This document shows positions 58,701-64,000 of a stretch of 64,000 nucleotides of DNA, piece after piece. Numbering within the stretch: position 1 is the stretch's first letter; each line of letters starts with the position of its first letter. The translations under genes and the position numbers were made by a program. This DNA comes from Mytilus edulis (Eukaryota), in the NCBI RefSeq assembly GCF_963676685.1, contig NC_092354.1, positions 81,840,001-81,904,000 on the forward strand. The letters are read 5' to 3'. The notes below the pieces were generated by a model. The model saw only the letters and a list, made by a program, of their open reading frames with translations. It had not been told where the DNA came from and made no database searches.

Positions 58701-61700
58701 TGTCTATATAAGTATGTGAATATGACAAAGTATTGTCATCTGCATAATTATATAATGAGCTGCTTGATACAAAAAGAAAAATATCATACAAGAACGTGTT
58801 TAAAAGTACAGGTCCTAAAATAGACCCTTGTGGCAATTCAGATCATCCATGATGCTTTAGTTTTAAAATTAATAAATTACAAGTTTTAGCTTTCTAAAAA
58901 GCTATGGACTGCTTCGTTCTACACTAATTTATGGTTATATAAGTGTGCATGCAGTGGCGTAGCTAGGCTATTTTCAGGTGTATGCCCAAACCTCGGCGAG
59001 GGGTTTGATGACCCCAATCGGGTCCAGGTTAAAGCATCCACTGGTAGTGGGTTCGAGGGGGCGAAGCACCTTGAAGCTAACGAGTTATGGAGAATGAGAT
59101 ACCATTTCTGTCATGAAAACTCATCAATAGCAACATACTTTAGAGTCTAATTTGTTTATCCAAGGAATTGTATATTTAAATATACAATTCCTTGGTTTAT
59201 CTCTTATGTTTACTTTATTCATTGTGTTGATTTGGAATCTAATGGTCATTGGTTTAAGAGAAAATGTCCAAAGCAGTTACTTTAAAATATGTATAAAAGG
59301 AGCCGCACTCGATGAAAACCCCTTATTTGTGCAAATTTTGTTGATGGACATAAAGTAATAATTACATTAAATGTATGTTTCACTATAATGCGTTATTCTG
59401 ATTGGTTAACTGTACATCACGTGTTATTCCATAAGCAGTTGTTTCACACAATTGAAAACTTTTCATTCATGATGACACGAGGTCCCACAATAAAGTGCAC
59501 AGGTTAATGAAATTAAAACTTGATAAAAGGCGTGTTTTCATGATCCTATAAGTAAAAATGTAATTATAAGTATTGAATGCTTTTTTTTTGTAACTTTATA
59601 GGGTTGTAAAAGCGTTGACCGTGCGCACATTTTATTTATGAAGCGCTTCCGCGCTTCATACAAAATGTACGTCGGTCAACGCTTTTACACCCCAATAAAT
59701 TTACAAAAAAGAGCATTCAATTCTTAAATGAATTTTCATAGATGTTCAGGTGTATTATGAGAATTCGTTAAGCGTTCCGTGAAACCCTGGTTCTCGCGAA
59801 AAGAAAATCCATTTATCAGTTACCGGTTTTAAAAAATCAAACATTTTCTTAATATATATTTTCTTGATCTGGAATATTTTAACTTCAACCCAAGTTTCAT
59901 GATAAACTCTAAAGGTTTTCAATTTTATCATGTAAAAAATACTAAATTCCAGACCGTCTTTTAATTTCGGAAAGATAAGTCCGTCTGTCAACTGAAAAAT
60001 GAAAAAAAAATACTTTCAAAATTTTACTTTAATCATAAAAATGCTTCTTTTATATTTAAATTTTAGTTTCTTGTGTACAATTTTGAAATTAGTATGGCGT
60101 TCATTACCACTGAACTAGTATATATTTGTTTAGGGACCAGCTGAAGGACGCCTCTGGGTGCGGGAATTTCTCGCTACATTGAAGACCTGTTGGTGACCTT
60201 CTGCTGTTGTTTTTTTCTATGGTTGGGTTGTTGTCTCTTTGGCACATTCCCCATTTTCATTCTCAATTTTATTCTGCCAAAGATTCATAAAATTTGATGA
60301 AGGTTTGACAAAGTAATTGATATGTAACATACTTTAACCCCAGACTGTATCTACTTGTTAATTTCAAATAGATATTCCTTTTATCAGTAAAATACGGGCA
60401 AATTAAAAATATTATTTTATCATTATGCTCTGGATTTTAATCACAAAAAGCTTCTGTCCAACTTTCGTAAAATTTCATGAAGGTTTGATAAAGTTGATGA
60501 TATTTAAAAAAAATCTAAACCTAAATGGTGACGACGCCAACGAAATCTATGATCGCTATGTCTCGCTTTCGCGACATAAATGTCACAGGCTCGAAAAAAA
60601 AATGCAAACCAAATATCGCATCTCAGCAGATAATTAAATGCTTTAAACAAAAGGAAAGTTAGTAGAATTCACAGTAGATTCAGACTTTGACAGAAAATGA
60701 ACAAATATATAACACGGTACCATTAGATTGAAAAGTAAGTGTCGTCACTTTTATTCGCAATTATAAAAGCTACTGAAGAAAGATTTACAGGGCTGATGTG
60801 CTTTTAACCATTTCTTTTTAATTTATTTACATTAAAATATTTTTTTACCAAAATTCAAGTGTACGCCCGGGCGTTTTGACGTAAACGTAGCTACGCGCAT
60901 GGCATGTGGTTATTAAATTAGTATTGGAAATGTGGTATATTAAGATATTGATTGATATAAATTGGATGTACTTTAATAGTGTGCGTTATACACCCGTGTT
61001 TTATAAAAATTAAATATCTTGTTGAAAATTCAAACAATTATAAATTAAGACACGACTCTTGAGGTGTGCCTTTCTGGAGGTGTGCCTGTATTGTCAGGAG
61101 ATAGGAATATTGTTTAGCGAAGCAAATCGTGCAAATTTCAGAGTAACAAAGCAATTAAACACGTATTCATAATTGATATTTCAATATTGAATTTATCTGT
61201 GAAATGTATCCCAAATAAAACGATCATGAATTATTGACAGTTGATCGAAACTGAAATACACATAGTTAATTTTCCGGCATTTGATGTCTTATCCTGGACG
61301 AGAAAGTCTGTAATTCTTTATCTCATTTAAGCCAATAGCTATTGCTGTATCTCAGCCTCATTATAATGCAACCAATCAGAATCTATACGTGATAAGTCAT
61401 GAATTTATTCAAGATGGCGTGTACTATTTCAAATGAAACTAATAGCGCCGCACCGTGATGCAATTAGCAACAGAGCAGCTATATATTGGTTATCATCATT
61501 TGAATAATACATAAAGGTGAATATTATATCTTGCAGGTTATCGTAAGCTACTGTGTGAAAATGAAACCGGAAGTATAAGATGTGGAAAGGGGGAAACAAT
61601 CCGTATAATCCGCGGGAAATATGGTCGTTCAGATGCAGTCACTTGTTGGTCAAAAGAAGACCAATTAGGAAATTGTGTTTCGGAGGACTCCTTGGTGAAG

Positions 61701-63094
61701 ATATACGATCTATGTAATAGGAAAAACAACTGTATATTAACTGCCTCGGGTGGAGTGTTTGGTAGCGCATGCTCCAACTCCAGTAGTTATTTGGAAATTG
61801 AATATTTCTGTGAAGGTAGGTGTGACGTATATATATTCCATTCGTCACAACTCGGCCGATTCCGTACTCATCGAATGAGAGTAGCGGAGTCATCCGAGGA
61901 TTGCCGAATGGTATATATCTAACAAATAGATTAAATAAATTGATCACCAATACATAAATCATATTCTCCAAGACTGAAGTACCAATCAGTACACATTCAA
62001 ACGGATTTAGCGTAAAAGAGGGACAAAAGATACCAAAGGGACAATCAAACTAAAAAAATCGAAAACAAACTGATAACGCCTGGCTAAAAATGAAAAAGAC
62101 AAACAGACAAACAGTAGAACACATGACACAACATAGAAAACTAAACAATAAGCAACACGAACCCCACAAAAAAACTAGGGGTGATCTCATGTGCTCCGGA
62201 AGGGTAAGCAGATTCTGCTCCACATGTGGCACCCGTCGTGTTGCTTATATTATAACAAATCCGGTAAACAGTCTAATTCGGTAGGTCACATTCATGAAAG
62301 GGAGGGGGATTGTAGTTACGACGTAAGGAACATATCCGATATCATTTGTAAAACGGTTATTCCATAATGGTCAACCAACTCGTGATAGCGTCCGTAAAAT
62401 TTACGAAAGGATGATTTCAACTTCACCATTTGGAACTCTTGGTTTAATAGCTTCCTTGTGACCAGCATCCCTCTATCAAAAAAATCATAATGACAATAAA
62501 AAAATTAAAAAATTAAATAACAATAAAAATCGAAATGTCAATAAAACAGAACAGAGAAAACTAAAGACCCAGCAACACGAATACAACCAAAAACTGTGAG
62601 TGATCTCAAAATGACATGTGCTCCGGAAGGATAAGCAGATCCTGCTCTACATGTGGCACCCGTCTTGATGTTCGTATATGTACAAAAAACGATAACTAAT
62701 GCGGTATAGGTCACAGTCGTAAAAAAAGAGGACGGGATTATAAGTTTATAAATTGATGTCCCGAAAGAAGAAGTTTTTTCTGTATATTTATATAGTTTAT
62801 TTATATATTTCTCTAGGAACTGTTACTGTGTGTGAAGGTAACGTAACAACGATTGACTGCCCCGACCTCGGAAGGATGTCAATTATAAATGCTAATTATG
62901 GGCGGAGGAATACAGTCACGTGTCCACATGGACTCATTAGACATAACTATTGTTTGACAAAGTTCTCGGTTGATGTGTTATTCAACGTGTGTGAAAACAA
63001 ACCATCCTGTAGATTTGATGCTTCAAGTGTGGTGTTCGGTGATCCATGTCCTCCTACATTTAAATACCTTGAAGCTATTTATAGATGTTTGTAA
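52688..63094 (+). CDS. Secreted tandem SUEL/Gal_lectin-domain protein (rhamnose-binding lectin family)
   Basis: A signal-peptide exon 52688-52742 plus two phase-1 exons (61537-61815, 62817-63094), each encoding one 8-Cys SUEL domain with YGR. Domain 2 has ANYGR, FGDPC and KYL. Stop TAA at 63092-63094. Confidence 0.85.
54257..56375. mobile_element. SINE-like repeat split by a Harbinger-like insertion
   Basis: 54257-54393 and 56282-56375 together match the intact reverse copy at 60058-60272. Confidence 0.8.
54394..56281. mobile_element. PIF/Harbinger-like non-autonomous transposon
   Basis: CTG|GGGCCGTATGCATAAA ... TTTATGCATACGGGCC|CTG; 3-bp CWG TSD confirmed by the interrupted host repeat; subterminal CTTAAG-rich repeats. 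Confidence 0.85.
56942..57286 (+). mobile_element. pearl/HINE-type element, family AACAAGAATGTGTCC (copy with expanded ACGR microsatellite)
   Basis: About 110 bp (ACGG/ACGA)n at 57131-57240; 3' hairpin ATGCCCC...GGGGCAT. Confidence 0.82.
58200..58915 (-). mobile_element. Degenerate LINE (CR1/L2-group) reverse-transcriptase remnant
   Basis: The minus strand encodes LPQGSILGPVLLNTFLYDIF / YNYADDNTLSYSH / NHMKADTDTFWAI with stops and frameshifts. Confidence 0.8.
59371..59728. mobile_element. Second copy of palindromic element (see 15391-15753)
   Basis: Colinear similarity over about 360 bp. Confidence 0.65.
60058..60272. mobile_element. SINE-like repeat, intact copy
   Basis: Reverse complement of the split copy at 54257-56375; partial relatives at about 2850-3015 and 2520-2582. 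Confidence 0.75.
61537..61815 (+). CDS. Lectin gene exon: SUEL domain 1 (divergent)
   Basis: ttgcag|GT TAT ... TGT GAA G|gtaggt; YRKLLCENETGSIRCGKGETIRIIRGKYGRSDAVTCW...NCVSEDSLVKIYDLCNRKNNCILTASGGVFGSACSNSSSYLEIEYFCE. Confidence 0.9.
62014..62492 (-). mobile_element. 5'-truncated non-LTR retroelement (RT C-terminus + 3' tail) in lectin intron
   Basis: Open frame 62316-62492: YDFFDRGMLVTRKLLNQEFQMVKLKSSFRKFYGRYHELVDHYGITVLQMISDMFLTS*, followed by the conserved tail; a second tail fragment lies at about 62550-62740. Confidence 0.75.
62817..63094 (+). CDS. Lectin gene last exon: SUEL domain 2
   Basis: ttctctag|GA ACT GTT; GTVTVCEGNVTTIDCPDLGRMSIINANYGRRNTVTC...CENKPSCRFDASSVVFGDPCPPTFKYLEAIYRCL*. 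Confidence 0.93.
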
Positions 63095-63231
63095 GGAAAT
63101 ACTTCCTTTTGAACGACTCTGTTGACGGAATAAGCATAAAAATAGGCATAAAGTAGAGTTCAATTTGATATCTGGCCGTTTTTGAAATCTTTAAATTAAA
63201 TATACATACAAACATTTATTTACGGCTATAT

Positions 63232-63237
63232 AATAAA
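63232..63237 (+). terminator. Candidate polyadenylation signal of lectin gene
   Basis: AATAAA about 140 nt after the stop codon. Confidence 0.4.
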
Positions 63238-64000
63238 AGCTTTTGAATGGATTCGAGTCTATGGTTTCGAGTAAATATGCTACATAAAACATCAAAATGA
63301 GTTTATATTACTTCATTGTCTTCCACCATATGATCATTTGAGCACGAAAACCAAATTGGTAGGAAATATGTGTGCAGCAGTCCATATTGTTCTATCCATT
63401 AAGATAAAATAAAAAAAAATAAAAAAATGTTACGGTTGCAAATTAGACAACTTTCCAAGAGAAACCAAATGAAAGAGTTAACATATATAGGTGTTCGTAC
63501 ATTTTCAACAATGAACAATCATCAAGCATTATAATGAGCAAAGCATTATAACTGAATTATACCTGCTAAAATTCCAGTAGGAAATGCTTCATGAATTTTC
63601 ATAACGAGAACAAATTAACTACTGTTACAAAGTAAATTAACGAAGGGCGGGAAGTTTGGACAACCTCTGAATCATAAAGTTCGGTACTTTATATAGCCTT
63701 GAACACATGTACACAGGTTTTGTGGTGAGGTTGGTCGCTCATAATATTTAACCCTGCTACAATCTAAATGATCCTGTCCCAGAGCCAGAAACCTTTTTTT
63801 CAATTGTTCTTCTCGTTGGGTGGTGTATGTCAAACTTTGTTCTTTCACTATTATAACATGAATAGTGTCTTTGATTGTCTCGCTCAGTTTGTTTTATTTT
63901 TTCTGTACAAGGACTACATGTACAATTTTTGGAACTTATTACCGATATTTTACTTGAAATGAGAGTATTTTGGTGATTTGTTAAACGCCGTCACATATCC

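Larger units (their letters stand above)
58952..60901. mobile_element. Putative hAT-like TIR element containing nested repeats
   Basis: GCATG|CAGTGGCGTAGCTA ... TAGCTACGCGCATG|GCATG. Confidence 0.5.

Overview
AT-rich, intron-rich metazoan genomic DNA. The repeat families suggest a bivalve mollusc, probably mussel-like; this is inference. I reconstructed two spliced genes by hand. (1) A minus-strand ARM-repeat + TIR (TIR_2-type) + SAM-like protein gene has 11 phase-consistent shared exons from 22384 down to 3136. It has two strong and one weaker candidate alternative first coding exons (23774-23966, 28396-28552, 30343-30424); the terminal exon was not found and probably lies left of the window. 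(2) A plus-strand secreted tandem SUEL/rhamnose-binding lectin gene spans 52688-63094. The rest is non-autonomous DNA transposons (Tc1/mariner-, Harbinger-, hAT-like and pearl/HINE-type), SINE/LINE remnants and tandem repeats, including a 4.1-kb satellite with a 31-32 bp unit. The most unusual signal is that five splice junctions of the ARM-TIR gene have each been tandemly duplicated or amplified into the flanking intron (33, 69, 71, 17 and 134 bp units). One is a 69-bp in-frame array anchored on the intron that splits the putative catalytic Glu codon of the TIR domain. No RNA genes or CRISPR arrays were recognised.
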